Shown: positions 48,333 through 62,936, counted from the first letter of the stretch. The stretch: DNA of 64,000 nucleotides from Pristiophorus japonicus (GCF_044704955.1 NC_091999.1:9858001-9922000); one strand, 5' to 3'. Numbers and translations are program-made. The notes: a model not told the origin generated them from the letters alone.

Positions 48333-51300
48333 TAAGTTTCTGCGGCCATAGATATGACTCACGAATGGTTTTGTGCCGCCCTGGTGCCAGGGTCAAGGAT
48401 GTCATAGAGCGGACGCAGGGCATTCTGGTGGGGGGGGGGGGCGGGGGGTAAACAGCTAGAGGTCGTGGTCCATATCGGGACCAACGACATAGGTAAAATG
48501 AGGGATGAGGTCCTACAGGAAGAATTCAGGTAGCTGGGAAGAAAGTTAAATGGTAAGGCCTCAAAGGTAGTAATCTCCGGGTTACTACTGGTGCCACGTG
48601 CTAATGAGTATAAGAATAAAAGGATCGAGAAAATGAACACATGGCTGGAAATTTGCTGTAGGAGGGAGGGCTTTAAATTCTTGAGGCATTGGGACCGCTT
48701 CTGTGGGGGATGGGACATGCACAAACCAGACGGGTTGCACCTCAACATTGCCGACACCAATATCCTCGCGGGGGGTTTTGCTAGTGCTGTTGGGGAGATT
48801 TTAAATTAGCTTGGCAGGTTCATGGGAACCTGAGAAGGAATTCAAAAGGGAAGGAAATAAACCAAAAATTGAATAGCAAGAATCCAGAAAGCGAATCTGC
48901 AAGACAAAGGAAACAGCGCTTAGTATGTAGTAAACAAGGAGGTCTTTCTGCGCTGACAGGTATATGCTTTAATGCAAGCAGTGTAGTGAATAAGGCGGAT
49001 GAGTTAAGAACACACGTAGACACTTGGGAGTATGATATTATAGCCATTACAGAAACATGGCTGAAAGAGGGGCAGGTTTGGCAGATCAACATTCTTGGTT
49101 ACAGGATTTTTAGACAAGTTCGAGAGGGGGCTACAAAGGAGGGGGGTGTGTTGCAGTACTGATTAAATAAATTATTACAGCGTGAAGAGCGATGATATGT
49201 TAGAGGGATCATCAAATGAGGCCATATGGGTAAAAATGAAAAAATAAAAAATGGGCTATCACACTTCTAGGCCTGTATTACAACCCCGCAAACAGGTGGA
49301 GGGAGATAGAGGAGCAAACATGCAGGCAAATTGTTGGGAAGTCCAAAAACCATAGGGTAGTAATAGCAGCAGATTTAAACTATCCAAATATTGATTGGGA
49401 CAAATTTAGTGTGAAGGATATAGTGGGTGCGGAATTCTTGAAATGCATTCAAGAGAGATTTTTTAGTCAGTATGTACGTAGCAAGCCCAACACGAGAGGG
49501 GACGGTCTTCGAATTAGTTTTGGGGAATGAAGCTGGGCAGGTTGAAAGGGTATTAGTGGGAGACCACTTGAGTGCCAGTGATCATAATTCAGTCAGATTC
49601 AAGTTGGTTATGGATGAGGACAAGAATAGGTCTGGAATAAAATTTCCGAATTGGGGAAAAGCTAATTTTGCTATGTTAAGGAGTGATTTGGCCATAGTGG
49701 ACTGGAAACTACTATTTTGAGTAAATCAGTGTCGGAATAGTGGGAGGCATTCAAGGAGGAGATCGGAAGGCTCAGGCCAAACATGTTGCCTTAATCAAAA
49801 AGACTGGGAAATTAATTGTTGAGCCTTCTGGATGTCTAGGGACTTATAGGGGAGGATTAAGACAAATAGGGATACTTATGTCGTATACCAACGGGTAAAT
49901 ACTTTAGAATCTTTAGAGAATATAGAAAGTTAAGAGGCAAAATGAAAAAAGATATTAGGAATGCTAAGAGAGAGCACGAGAAATCCTTGGCCAGTAAAAT
50001 TAAGGAAAACGCTAAGATGTTCTGCAAATACATTAGGAGTAAAAGGGTAACTAAAGAAAAGGCAGGGCCGATTATAGACCATGAGGGACATCTTTGTGTG
50101 GAGGTGGAAGATGTTGGCAGTACTCTTAACCAATACTTCGCATCTGTTTTCACAAAGGAAATGGATAATGCAGATACTGCTATCGAGGAGAGTGTGATAT
50201 CCTGGATGAAATTAAGATAGTGAATTAAGGCGTGAGCAGATTTGAAAATAGATAAGTCTCCTGGCCCGGATGAAATACATCCCAGGCTATTGAGCAAAGT
50301 AAAGGAGGAAAGAACAGAGACCGTGACAATCATTTTGCATCCTCTTTAGATCTGGGCATGACACCGGATGATTGGCGGACTGCTAATGTAGTACCCTTGT
50401 TCAAGAAGGGAAAAAGGGATAGGCCAAGTAATTACAGGCCTGTCAGCCGAACCTCATTATTGGAAAAAGTCCTGAAAGACAGGATAAATCTGCATTTGGA
50501 AAGGCAGAGACTAATTCGGGAGAGTCAGCACGGATTTGTTAAGGGGAGATTGTGTTTGACGAAACTGATTGAGTTTTTTGAGGAAGCCACCATGAGGGTC
50601 GAAGAGGGCTGTGCCTCCAATGTAGGACAGATGGAGTTTAGCAAGGCTTTTGATAAGGGCCTACATGATAGACTGGTCATGAAGGTTAAAACCCATTGGA
50701 TACAGGGCAATGTAGCAAGGTGGCTCCAAAATTGGCTTTGTGGTAGCAAGCAAAGCGTAATCATTGATGGATGTTTTTGTGACTGGAAGGATGTTTTTGC
50801 TATGGTTCCGCAGGGCTCAGTACTGGGTCCCTTGCTTTTTGTGGTATATATGAACGATTTAGGTTTGAATATACAAAGTATGATTAAGAAGATTGCAGAT
50901 AACACTAAAATTGGCTGTGTGGTTAATAACGAAGAGGAATGTCATGGGCTGCAGGAAGATTTCAATCTACTGGTCAGGTGGGCAGAGCAGTGGCAAATGG
51001 AATTGAATTCAGAGAAGTGAGAGGTGATGCACTTTGGGAGGCCGAATAAGGAAAGGGTATACACATTAAGGTGTATGCCACTTAATAGTTCAGAGGAACA
51101 AAGAAACCATGGAGTGCTTGTTCAGAGAACTCTTTTGGGAGGAAATGAAAAACATTAAATCGTGGCCCCCCGATCTGCGGGACGCACCAAACATTTACAA
51201 GGCCCATTTTTTTTGTTTTTATTTTGGGTTTCTTTTGTGTTTTTGTTTAGTTTTAAGTTTTTTTTGGGGGCACTAAAATCATATATATATATATTTTCTC

Positions 51301-51377
51301 CAAGTGCCCCCTACAACAGGGGAGGGGGACACTAAAAACACCGGCAATTAAAACAAATTAAACATTAAAACATAAAA

Positions 51378-54300
51378 TCAAATTAAAATTTGTTTGCCGG
51401 GCGTGATGATGCACTCCAGTCCCTCCGGTGCCCACCTCTTATGGAAGGCCGCGAGCATACTGGTGGACACCGCGTGCTCCATCTCCAAGGACACCCTGGC
51501 GCGGATGTACGCGCGGAAGAGAGGCAGGCAGTCAGGTTGAACGACCGCCCGCTGCCTGGACCGGCTGATGGCACCCTTGGCTGTGCCCAGGAACAGTCCT
51601 ATGAGGAAGCACTCGGACCTACCCGCTTCCCTCCGCACAGGGTGCCCAAAGATCAGGAGTGTGGGACTGAAGTGCAGCCAGAATTTCAGTAGCAGCCCCT
51701 TTAAATAATAAAACAGGGGCTGCAACCTCGTGCATTCGGTAAAAACATGGAACACGGACTCTTCCAGACCGCAGAAGTTGCAGGCGGCCTGGGAGCCCAT
51801 GAACCAGCTTAAAAAAGTATTGCACAGCATTGCTCCGTGCAACACCCTCCAGGCCAAGTCCCCGATAAATACTGGGAGGACTCACGCATAGAGTGCCTTC
51901 CATCGGGGACCCCCGCCTCCTCCGGACAGCAAGATGGTACGCCATGGTGTGTCCGGACGGCAGGCGAGGATGGCAAAGTTGAGAGTGTGCTGGAGCAGCC
52001 CGTACAGGAAACCCCTCTGCGCGGAACTGAAAGGCACGGAGGGGATTTCCCCGAGGCGGCTCAAGTTATGAGGCGACAGCTCCCGAGGGAGGTTCCGGGG
52101 TTTGGCGCCAATGAGGAATTCCGTCTGGACGGAGGTCAGTTCGGACGGGATCTCCCCACGTGCTTCAGCCTCCTTGATGCACCTAACGGAGTCGGGGCCC
52201 AGAGCTGTTTTTAGCGACTCGATGGCATCGGCTGCGCGGCGGACGTTGGCAGAATTTAGGTGCCGCGCCAGCGTGTCTGGCGCCATCCAGCCCGCTCCTC
52301 CGCCATCGAGCAGGTCCCTGACCCTGGTCACCTCACCAGCCACAGCCCTCTCGTCCGACCGCCACCTAAAACCTCGGTCGTGGAGGTACGGATTCCCGAG
52401 GAGCGGCTCCTGCAGGACAGCCGCCACTCCAGCCGGTGGTGAGCTGCGCTTGGTGGAGACTTTGTTCCAGACCCTGGTGAGTTCCTTGTAAAAGACAGGC
52501 AGCTCCTGGAAGGCGGTCCTGACGCCCCCCAAGCTCACAAACAGGAGCTGCGTGTCGTAGTTGAGGCCGTGCTGCTGGCGGAAGAAGTACATCGCCAGTG
52601 CACGCCACCTGGGAGGGGGCTCGACGTAAAGGTAGCTCTGCAGGGTCTGAAGACGGAAAGTCTCGAGCTGGGTGCTGACGCACACCAATGACTGACCGCC
52701 CTCCCCAAATGGGAGACTCAAGACCGCGTCAGAGACCCAGTGCTTCCTGTTGTTCCAGAAGAAGTCCACCAGCTTCTTCTGTATCTTGATGACAAACGCA
52801 GGGGGAGGGGTCAAAGTGACCAGCCGGTACCACAACATGGCGGCCACCAGCTGGTTTATGACTAGTGCTCGATCCCTGTAGGACAGCACTCGGAGCAGTC
52901 CTGTCCAGCGCCCTAGGCGAGCGGCGACCTTGGCCTCCAGCTCTTGCCAGTTCGCTGGCCAGGCTTCCTCGTCGGGGCTAAGGTAGGCTCCCAGATAGAG
53001 GAGATGGGTCGTGCTCCTGGCAAAAGGCCTGAGCTCCTCCGGCAGGGAGTCCACCCGCCACTGACCCACCAAGTGTCCGGAACATTTCTCCAAGTTGATC
53101 CTGGCGGAGGATGCGGCAGAGTAAATCTCCTGGCACTCACGCATCCTCCGCAGGTCACCGGGATCGTCTACCGTGAGGAGCACTTCATCGGCGTAAGCCG
53201 AGAGGACGACCTCCATACCCGGCCCTTGCAGAACCAGTCCCATCAAACTCGTCCACAGGAGGCGCAGGAAAGGCTCCACGCATATGGCATATAACTGGCC
53301 GGACATGGGGCATCCCTGGCGCACCCCTCTCCCAAAGCGAAGGGGCGCCATCAAGGACCCGCTAACCTTAATCAGACACTCTGCGGCGGCGTACAAAAGT
53401 CGGATCCGGGTGACGAAATGCATCCCGAACCCAAAAGCGCGCAGAGTTCCGAACAGATAGTCGTGATCCACCCTGTCGAACGCCTTCTCTTGGTCGAGAG
53501 ATAGGAAGGCGACAGACAGACAAGCCTCCTGGGAATGATGGATGAGGTCCCGGACCAGATGGATGTTATCGTGGATTGTCCGGCCCTGGACCGTGTAGGA
53601 CTGGTCGGGGTGGATCATGTGGTCCATCACTGCGCCAAGACGAGCAGATATCGCCCTGGCGAAGATTTTGTAGTCTGTGCTGAGGAGGGAGACCGGGCGC
53701 CAGTTCTTAAGGAGGCGGAGATCGCCCTGCTTAGGCAGCAGGACGATGACTGCCCTGCGCCAAGAGAGGGGCATCTCCGCGGTCGCCAGACTTTCCCCCA
53801 GGAACCGCGCATAGTCGCCCCCCAGGACGTCCCGAACACGCTGTGGAACTCCACGGTCAGCCCGTCCAGCCCCGGGGCTTTTCCCCTCGAGAGCCGGTCG
53901 AGGGCGCCGGTCAGCTCCGCCAGGTTTAGCGGAGCTTCCAGATTTTCGGTGCCCTCCTGGCCGACTTTCGGCAGGTCCTCCCACAAAACTCTACGCGCTT
54001 CCTCGCTGGACGGCTCCGGAGAGAACAGAGCCCCGTAATATTCACGGACCCTGTTGTTGATACCCTCCGGATCCGAGACGAGAGAGCCGTCGTCGGCCAG
54101 CAGCGTCAAGAGCTGCTTACGGACACTCTGCCTTTTTTCCAGTGATAGAAGAAGGGGGAGCCGCAGTCCAGATCCCGCAGGAACCGGATCCGCGACCTCA
54201 CGAACACGCCTCGGGACCCGACGAGCTGCAGATCCTTCAGCGCGGCCTTCTTCACTTCATACACCATCCGCAGGGCCGGGTCCTCGACGACTTGACCGAG

Positions 54301-55267
54301 ACGGGACTCCAGGTCGAGCACCTCCTTTTCTAGGCGCCCGACCCTGGCCGCCCGCCTCTTGGTCGACCCCCTCGCGTACTCTTGACAGAAGACGCGGACG
54401 TGAGCCTTGCCCACGTCCCACCATAGCCTCAAGGAGGGGAAGCCCCCCCTGCTTCCTTCTCCAGTCGGCCCAGAAACGACGGAACGAGTCCTGGAACCGC
54501 ACGTCCTCCAGCAGCTGGTTGTTAAATTGCCAATACGCGGACCACGTCCTCGCGCGGAGCGAAGTGAGCTCCGCCCACACCAGGTGGTGGTTCGAACACG
54601 GCACCAGTCGCATGGAGGCCGCCGGGACGCAGGAAACGTATGCCCGAGACACGTAAAGGCGGTCGACTCTGGACCGTCCTACTCCAGGCCTCACCCAAGT
54701 AAAGGCGCTGGAATCGGGATGGAGATTTCGCCAGACGTCCACCCAGTCGAAGGACCCGACCAGGTCCCTCAACTTCTCCATCGCCGTCATGCTCTGCGGG
54801 GCACCGGAGCAGTCCCTCGCCTCGAGGGTGCAGTTAAAATCCCCCCGAGGACAATGCAGTCGCCGACATCGACGGAGCTAAGAAGAGCGGACACTTCTTC
54901 GAAGAAGCGCGTTTGCTGCGGACCGGGCTGAGGGGCGTACACGTTCACGAGATGGAGCAGCACGTCCTCCAGGCGAACCGTGACGTGCAGCAAGCTGCCT
55001 GGCACGGGCTCCTTGACCCCCCAAGATCTCTGGCTGAAAATGCGGGGCCAACAAGATGGCCACCCTACAAGAAGTGGTAGTGAGGTGGCTCATGCGGACC
55101 TCTCCTTGCCATTGCAGGAGCCACGTGGCTTCGTCTCCCGGAACATTGTGGGTTTCTTGCAGGAAGCACACCGCATATTTCCCCTCCTGCAGGAGGGAAA
55201 AATTGTTAAATCTACAGCGTGCCTCTCTGCCGCCGTTGATGTTGAGGCTGGCTATGGTTATCTTCAT
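51378..55267 (-). pseudogene. Tx1 ORF2 (AP endonuclease-reverse transcriptase-zinc finger), frameshifted
   Basis: MKITIASLNING, FLQETH, LKNWRPVSLLSTDYKIFA, LDQEKAFDRV, GVRQGCPMSG, YADE (YADD variant) and CNFCG..HVFTEC. Confidence 0.88.
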
Positions 55268-55292
55268 GACAAAAGCATAGTTCAACCTCTAC

Positions 55293-57404
55293 CTAACCTA
55301 TTGTGGGGTGGGGGGGAGTGGAGTCGTTTGTTGACCTCCACTCCTTCAGCAGCCCAGCGAGGAACGTTTTGAGCCGGCGCAGCTCAAGGCCTTGCGCCTT
55401 TGATAAGGGCCCGCCCGCGGCCATGATTTTAGCGGCGGCGCGGACGGACACAATGAGCAGCCCCGGCTCGGACCATCTTTCCAGGGCCAGATGGGCTCGG
55501 TTGCGGCGACCCTGGCTCTGGACCAAAAAGACCCGGAGTTCCTTTGCAGGAATGAGGGGGGACTCAGCGGCGGGCACGAGGAGATCCAGGGCCTCATTGG
55601 CGATGGACTCGAGATCTTCTCCCTCGTACCCCACCGAGTCCCCATCCCCCTCCGGGAGGTCGCCGCCAGCAGCTGGCCTGTCGACCGCACGAGGTACGGC
55701 AAACGGCCCGGCCGCTCCATCCGACCCTGGCTCTGCCCCGATCCCACCCCCAGGATCGTCAGCAGAGGACTCCCCACTGGGCTCTTTTAAAAGTGGTGCT
55801 GGGTCAGGAAGCGACAGCAGAAGGTGTTCCTCCTCCACCCCAGGAACCGGGGAACACGGAGAGACCTGGCCAAAGTAATGTTCCAGGTCCTCCAAGTACC
55901 CCAGCTCCAAAGTAGGGGGCGAGGGTTGTTGTTCTTCCCCTTTCCCGCCGCCACCACCCGGCCCAGCGTGTACAGAATCATTAAAATTGTTCATATCTTC
56001 CATTTCTTCCGGGCCGAGCGACACGCAGGGGAAGTTGTTTAATAGCTGGCCGGGCTCAGGTTCGGCCTTTTCGGCCGCGCCCGCCTCAGTCCCTGGGACG
56101 CTCGACCCGGCGGCTACGCATTCCTACGCTGGGCCCATGCCCCCCACGACAGGCAGATCTTCCACGCCATCCCCGGGAGGCAGATTATGGGCAGCCTCGA
56201 CTGTCTCACCCTCCCCGGGGACAGATTCCTCCTGCCTACGGCGCAGTTTGGGGGCGCAGGTGGGGGATGCGGGACACGCGGCGGGCACCGACTCCTCCGC
56301 AGAGGGATGTTGTTCCCCCTCCGCCTCATTGTAGCGGCGCCTCCTTTTGTTCCTGGGGGGGGGCGCGGAGGCAGGGAGACCTCCATGTCTGCTGAGGCCT
56401 CCCGCTCCACTCCTCCATTTTTCTTATCTTGCCCACGCCCGAACCCCTCTGCGGTATTGGTCAAGGGCTCGGGCACGGGCTCTGAGCAACCCGCGCTCGC
56501 CGGTGACGGGGTTGGGCTGAGCGCGGTAAACAAATTTTCTGGCGCACTGAGGGGACGCGCCTCGAGATGTTTCGCCTTCCTCTGTGCCTTCATTCCGATC
56601 GGACACTCTACCTCCCCCCCCGCCGGAGGCCGTGAAAACAAAGGCCCCCGACGATGCCCGCGCACCTACGGCTCCCGGCACTCGGATGCTACTAGGGGGA
56701 GGGGTGGCGGCGGCGCTAGCCTTGGCCGCCTTCAGTGGTTTGGCGGCCTTGGAGGCGGGGCAGTTCTTGCGAACGTGTCCCACCTCCCTACAGGCATGGC
56801 ACCACACGCCGTCCAACGTCCAGAAGACGCGGTAGGCAGTCCCCTCGTGCACCACATTAAAATTGCCCTCTGTCGTCTCCTCCCGCGCGAGACGGACAAA
56901 GAGCTGGTGGCGGAAGGAGAACACATGGCTCAGGCTGTTCTCCCTGAGGCCGAGCGGTATGGGGTTGATCCCCGACCTTACCTCCCCAAGTTGGTGTAGG
57001 TGAGGGAGGAGGAGCTCAGCGGGAACAAAGGGCGGGACTTTTGAAAGGATGACCCTCTGCGCGGTGGCCTCGAGAGGGTCCACCAGCAGGAACGTCCCGC
57101 CCACCGCGAGCCCCTTTTCAAGGGCCAGGGACACCGCCCGCTCCGATCCCAGGAAGAATACAGCCTTCCCAGACATCTTGGAGGCTGCGACAATGGCCGA
57201 GGGGCCGACTACCCCAGCCATCGCCCGCACGCACTCCTCGATGCTCATTGTGGGGTGAGTGTAGCTTTTGACCCCGTGTTTTTTTGTTATGAGTCTGAAT
57301 GGTGGCAGGGCAGCAGGAGGCGCAGGAGGCGCCGTGGATGTGGACGCCGCCTGCTCGTGCGTCTTAGCTGGCCCTGCCACCGGCGTGGATGGGGTCGCCA
57401 TCAC
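55293..57404 (-). pseudogene. Tx1 ORF1 (gag-like nucleic-acid-binding protein), frameshifted
   Basis: IVAASKMSGKAVFFL, VILSKVPPFVP and CHACREVGHVRKNC motifs, followed by a Pro/acidic tail, spread over 3 frames. Confidence 0.82.
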
Positions 57405-58750
57405 GGGGTCCCTTTAAGGGCTACACCCACCCCAAATTCACAGGCATTAATGATCTTTATTTGGCCTCGTTGATGTTTTGAGCAGGGGGAGCTCTTAATG
57501 GGGATCACCTCTCCCCTAGTTAACGAATGGGGAGGGGCCTTACTCCCTCTGCTCAGTTGTCTTAATTAACTTTAATTAAGGAGGAAAGGGGCTCTCAGAG
57601 AGAGAGGGGAGAGACAGACAGAGTGACAGAGAGAGAGAGAGAGATGGGGTGGGAAAGAGGGAAGCTGCGAGGGCAGGTCTCCCCTCACAGCGATGGGTGG
57701 GCGTCTTTCTGGGGTGCACTCCCCAGATGATGGAAAAAATCAAGACACAGTCCTTGTAAATGGTCTTCGGGTGGGGAGAGAAGATTTCTTCACCTGGGGC
57801 AGCTGGAGCCACCTAGGCACACACTCCCAACGAAGTTAAATAGGGTGATTAGTACTACTTCAGCTAGGTAGCTCCAGCTATCCCAGGCTAGGAAATGGGG
57901 GTGCTTCAGTGGTGTGTGGGGCCTAGCTGTAAGCAAGACCCCCCACACACACTTCCACACACACACACCCGCCGCGATGTTCCGGCCCTCGAAAGGTCTT
58001 CTTTCCTCCCCCCACCGATACAACAAAGTCTTTCGGGGAATGCACCAAAACACACCCACCTGTCGAAGATTGCAGAAATGGCTCTCCCTCCTTCCACACT
58101 GGATGGTGTTTTCTCAGGTTGTTCTTTTCCCCCTCTCTCCAACTCTCTGTAGTAGTAATAAGTTGATACATTTTCTGCTCTCCTCCTCTCCCTCTGGACG
58201 TTGCATTGTAGTAAGTCAGCCCCCTCCTCCTCTTCCTGGGCTGGCCTCAGGTTTCACTCTAGGCCTTCCAGGCAGGAGCAAAGCAGGGAGTTCCTTCTCT
58301 CACAGCAGCACAGCTCCAACTGAATAGGCCACGCCTCCAAACTCCACCATTGGTCCACAGATCCCTGAAAGTAGCAGGCCAGGTGGATAAGGTGGTTAAG
58401 AATGCATACGGCATAATTGCTTCTTTTTGATGACGCATAGAATGTAAGCAGTGAGGTGATGCTTAAATTGTATAATACTTTGGTTAGACCACAGCTGGAT
58501 TACTGCGTGCAGTTCGGGTTGCGGTATTATAGGAAGGACGTGATTGCATTAAAGAGGGTGCAGAGGACATTTGCAAGATACTGACTGAAATGGAGACTCT
58601 TAGTTAGGAGGACAGATTGGATAGGCTGGCTTTGTTCTCATTGGAATAGAGGAGGTTGCGAGGGCATCCTCATTGAAGTGTACAAAATATTGAGGGCTTG
58701 GACATAGTGGAGAGTAAGGACCTATTTCCATTGGTGGAGCGGTATATTAC

Positions 58751-61700
58751 ATAGAAACATAGAAAATAGGTGGGAGTAGGCCATTCGGCCCTTCGAGCCT
58801 GCACCACCATTCAATAAGATCATGGCTGATCATTCCTTCAGTACAGCTTTCTTGCTTTCTCTCCATACCCCTTGATCCCCTTAACCATAAGGACCATATC
58901 TAACTCCCTCTTGAATATATCCAGTGAACTGGCATCAACAAATCTCTGTGGCAGTGAATTCCACAGGTTAACAACTCACTGAGTGAAGAAGTTTCTCCTC
59001 ATCTCAGTCCTAAATGGCCTACCCCTTATCCTGAGACTATGACCCCTGGTTCTGGACTTCTCCAACATCGGGAACATTCTTCCCGCATCTAGCCTGTCCA
59101 GTCCCGTCAGAATCTTATATGTTTCTATAAGATCCCCTGTCATCCTTCGAAACTCCAGTGAATAAAGGCCCAGTTGATCCAGTCTCTCCTCATATGACAG
59201 CCAAGCCTCCCTAGAATCAGTTTGGTGAAACTTCGCTGCACTCCCTCAATAGCACTCCCTCCTCAGACGAGGAGACCAAAACTGAACACAATATTCCAGG
59301 TGAGGCCTCACTAAGGCTCTGTACAACTGCAGTAAGACCTCCCTGCTTCTATATTCAAATCCCCTAGCTATGAAGGCCAACATACCATTTTCCTACTTTA
59401 CCACCTGCTGTACCTGCGTCCCCACTTTCAGTGACCAAGGTCTCGTTGCACCTCCCCTTTTCCTAGTCTGCCACCATTCAGATAATATTCTGCCTTCGTG
59501 TTGTTGCCCCCAAAATGGACAACCTTATATTTATCCACATTATACTGCATCTGCCATGCATTTTTCCACTCACCTAATCTTTCCAATCACCCGGCAGCCT
59601 CTTTGCGTCCTCCTCACAGCTCACACCGCCACCCAGTTTAGTGTCATCTGCAAACTTGGAGATATTACATTCTATCCCTTCATCCAAATCGTTAATGTAT
59701 GTTGTAAATAAGAGCTGGGGTCCCAGCACTGAGCCCTACGGCACTCCAGTAGTCACTGCCTGCCATTCTGAAAACGACCCATTTATCCCGACTCTCTGAT
59801 TCCTGTCTGTCAACCAGTTCCCTATCCACGTCAGTATATTACCCCCAATACCATGTGCTTTGATTTTGCACAACAATCTCTTGTGCGGAACCTTGTCAAA
59901 AGCCTTTTGAAAGTCCAAGTACATCACATCCACTGGTTCTCCCTTATCCACTCTGCTAGTTACATCCTCAAAAAATTCCAGAAGATTCGTCAAGCATGAT
60001 TTTCCTTTCATAAATCCATGCACACTTGGTCTGATCCTGTCACCGCTTTCGAAATGCGCTGCTATTTCATCTTTCATGATCGATTCCAACATTTTCCCCA
60101 CTGCTGATGTCAAGCTAACCGCTCTCAAATTACCCGTTTTCTCTCTCGCCATTTTTTTAAAAAGTGGCCTTACATTAGCTACCCTCCAGTCCATGGGAAC
60201 TGATCCAGAGTTGATCGACTGTTGGAAAATGGTCACCAATGCATCCACTATTTCTCGGGCCACTTCCTTGAGTGCTCTCGGATGCAGACTATCCTGGGGA
60301 CTTATCGGCCTTCAATCCCATCAATTTCCCGAACACAATTTCCCGCCTAATAAGGATATCCTTTCGTTCCTACTTCTCCCGAGAGCTACTGTCCCCCAGT
60401 ACCTTTGGAAGGTTATTTATATCTTCCTTCGTGAAGACAGAACCGAAGTATTTGTTCAATTGGTCTGCAATTTCTTTGTTCCCCACTACAAATTCACCCG
60501 AATCCGACTGCAAGGGATCCACGCTCGTCTTCACCAATCTTTTTCTCTTCAGATATTTACAGAAGCTTTTGCAGTCAGTTTTTATATTCCCTCTCGTACT
60601 CTATTTTCCCCCTCTTAATTAAACCCTTAGTCCTCCTCTGTTGAAATCTAAATTTCTCCCAGTCCTCAGGTTTGTTGCTTTTTCTGGCCAATTTATATGC
60701 CTCTTCCTTGGCTTTAACACTATCCCTAATTTCCCTTGTTAGCCATGGTTGAGCCATCTTCCCAGTTTTATTTTTACTCCAGACAGGGATGTACATTAGC
60801 TGACATTCATCCATGTGATCTTTAAATATTTGCCATTGCTTTTCCACCGTCAACCCATTGAGTATCGTTTGCCCGTCCATTCTAGCCAATTCAAGCCTCA
60901 TACCGTCGGAGTTAACTTTCCTTAAGTTCAGTACCCTAGTTTCCGAATTAACTTTGTCACTCACCATTTTAATACGGAATTCTACCATATTATGGTCACT
61001 TTTCCCCAAGGGGCGACGCACAAGATTGTTAATTCGTCCCTTCTCATTACACATCACCCAGTCTAGGATGCCCAGCTCACTGGTTGGTCCAGAAAACTTT
61101 CCTTAATACACTCCAGGACATCTTCCTCCACCGCATTGCTACCAGTTTGGTTAGCCCAATCAATGCGTAGATTAAAGTCGCCCATGATTACTGCTGTAGC
61201 TTTATTGCACACATCCCATATTTCATGTTTGATGCTGTCCCCAAACTCTCTACTACTATTTGGTGGTCTATACACAACTCACTAGAGCGTTTTCTGCCCC
61301 TTGGTATTGCGCAGCTCCACTCATACCGATTCCACATCATCCAAGCTAATGTCCTTCCTTACAATTGCATTGATTTCATCTTTAACCAGCAACGCCACCC
61401 CGCCTCCTTTCCATTTCTGTCTATCCTTCCTAAATGCTGAATACCCTTGGATGTTGAGTTCCCAGCCTTGGTCCCCCTGGAGCCATGTCTCCGTGATGCC
61501 AATCACATCTTATCCATTAACAGCTATCTGCGCAGTTAATTCATCCACCTTATTCTGAATACTCCTCGCACTGAGGCACAGAGCCTTCAGGCTTGTTTTT
61601 TTAACACACTTTGCCCCTTTAGAATTTTGCTGTAATGTGGCCCTTTTTGTTTTTTGCCTTGGGTTTCTCTGCCCTCCACTTTTACTATTCTCCTTTCTAT

Positions 61701-61907
61701 ATTTTCTCCTGCCCCCATTTTACTTCCCTCTGTCTCCCTGCATAGGTTCAAATCCCCCTGCCATATTAGTTTAACTCCTCCCCAACAGCACTAGCAAACA
61801 CTCCCCCGAGGACATTGGTTCCGGTTCTGCCCAGGTGCAGACCGTCCGATTTTTACTTGTCCCACCTCCCCCAGAACCGGTTCCATTGTGCCAGGACTTT
61901 GAATCCC
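58751..61907 (-). mobile_element. CR1 LINE (same family as 4936-6282) nested in the plus-strand CR1
   Basis: (ATAGAAAC)n tail at 58751, ORF2 pieces (IGITETWL, IMGDFN, GKSDHNMV, WRVANVRPLFKK), and TTAC at both junctions. Confidence 0.88.
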
Positions 61908-62900
61908 TTACGAGGGGGTACAGTTTTAAGGTTCGTGGTGGAAGATTTAGAGGGGATTTGAGGGGTGTCTTCTTTTTGCATAGGGTTGTAGGGATCTGGA
62001 ACATGCTGTTTGGAAGAGTGGTGGATGCAGAAACCCTCACCTCTTTTAGGAGATCGTTGGATGGGCACTTAAAGTGCAGTAACCTGCATCGTTACAGACA
62101 TAGACCTGATAATTGGGACTAGACTGAATGACCTTTTGTTGAACGGTGCAGATATAATGGTAAGTACTGCAGGGAATAGAATACAGCCAGGGTTAGCTCC
62201 TGGACTAGTTTCGATCGTCTGGATGGGTTGAAGACGAATTTTCGAGATTTCCTCTCCAAAAATTGGCCTGGGTTTTTACCTGGTTTTTGCCTCTCCCAGG
62301 AGATCACATGGCTCCGGTTGGGTGGTGTACAGAATGCTTCAGGTTATGGGGTGTCACAGTTGTGTGAGGCAGTGCGGTTCGGCTGGCTGCTCCTTGCCTT
62401 TCCATCGTTGATCATAGGTTTAAATGTAGCCTTTAGGGCTGCTGTCCAAGGGCTGTGCAGCTGTTTGTCGGCCAGCGCGGACATGATGGGCCGAAATGGC
62501 CTCCTTCTGCGCTGTAAATTTCCATGTTTCTATGATTCTTTATGGGTTAAATGGGGTAAAGGTTTATGGGGACAGTGCGGGGAAGTGGAACTGACTCCAT
62601 CATCAGATCAGCCATGATGTTATTGAATGGCGGCACAGGTCCGAGGGGCCGTATGGCCTACTCCTGATCCTATTTCTTAAGTTGTTATGTTAAAATCGCA
62701 CTGCCTTTGCTACAGGAGTCCAGGTGGCCTGTAAACAATTCCCACTACAGACTTAATCGTTTTCTATTTGTTAAATCTATCCATAACGTCTTCACTGCCT
62801 GCTTACCTCTCGTTACATCCTCTCATCATTGAAGTGATTTCATCCTTACCTCCCCATCTACCATTTGCCATAATCTGAAGTTTTCCTCCTTCAATGTACT

Positions 62901-62936
62901 GAGTGACGTTCTGAATGTTGCCATCAGATGACGTAG
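62901..62936 (+). promoter_or_regulatory. CRE-like motifs upstream of V11 (AGTGACGTT, GATGACGTA)
   Basis: Two TGACGT cores ~230-260 bp upstream of the leader ATG. Confidence 0.4.

Larger units (their letters stand above)
51130..58352 (-). mobile_element. Near full-length Tx1-clade non-LTR retrotransposon (~7.2 kb)
   Basis: GC-rich block with ORF1 (CCHC knuckle), ORF2 (APE-RT-zinc finger), an A-rich 3' region and ~950 bp of 5'UTR. Confidence 0.9.
48335..62535 (+). mobile_element. Long CR1 LINE (ORF1 esterase remnant, ORF2, long 3'UTR) in three pieces: 48335-51129, 58353-58750, 61908-62535
   Basis: ORF1 SGNH-type VHIGTNDI and DGLHLN, endonuclease IAITETWL, and RT ORF 50358-51020. The sequence continues across both nested inserts. 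Confidence 0.85.

Noticed and set aside
51837-57000. Numerous plus-strand ORFs
   Set aside because: Antisense shadows of the GC-rich Tx1 ORFs.
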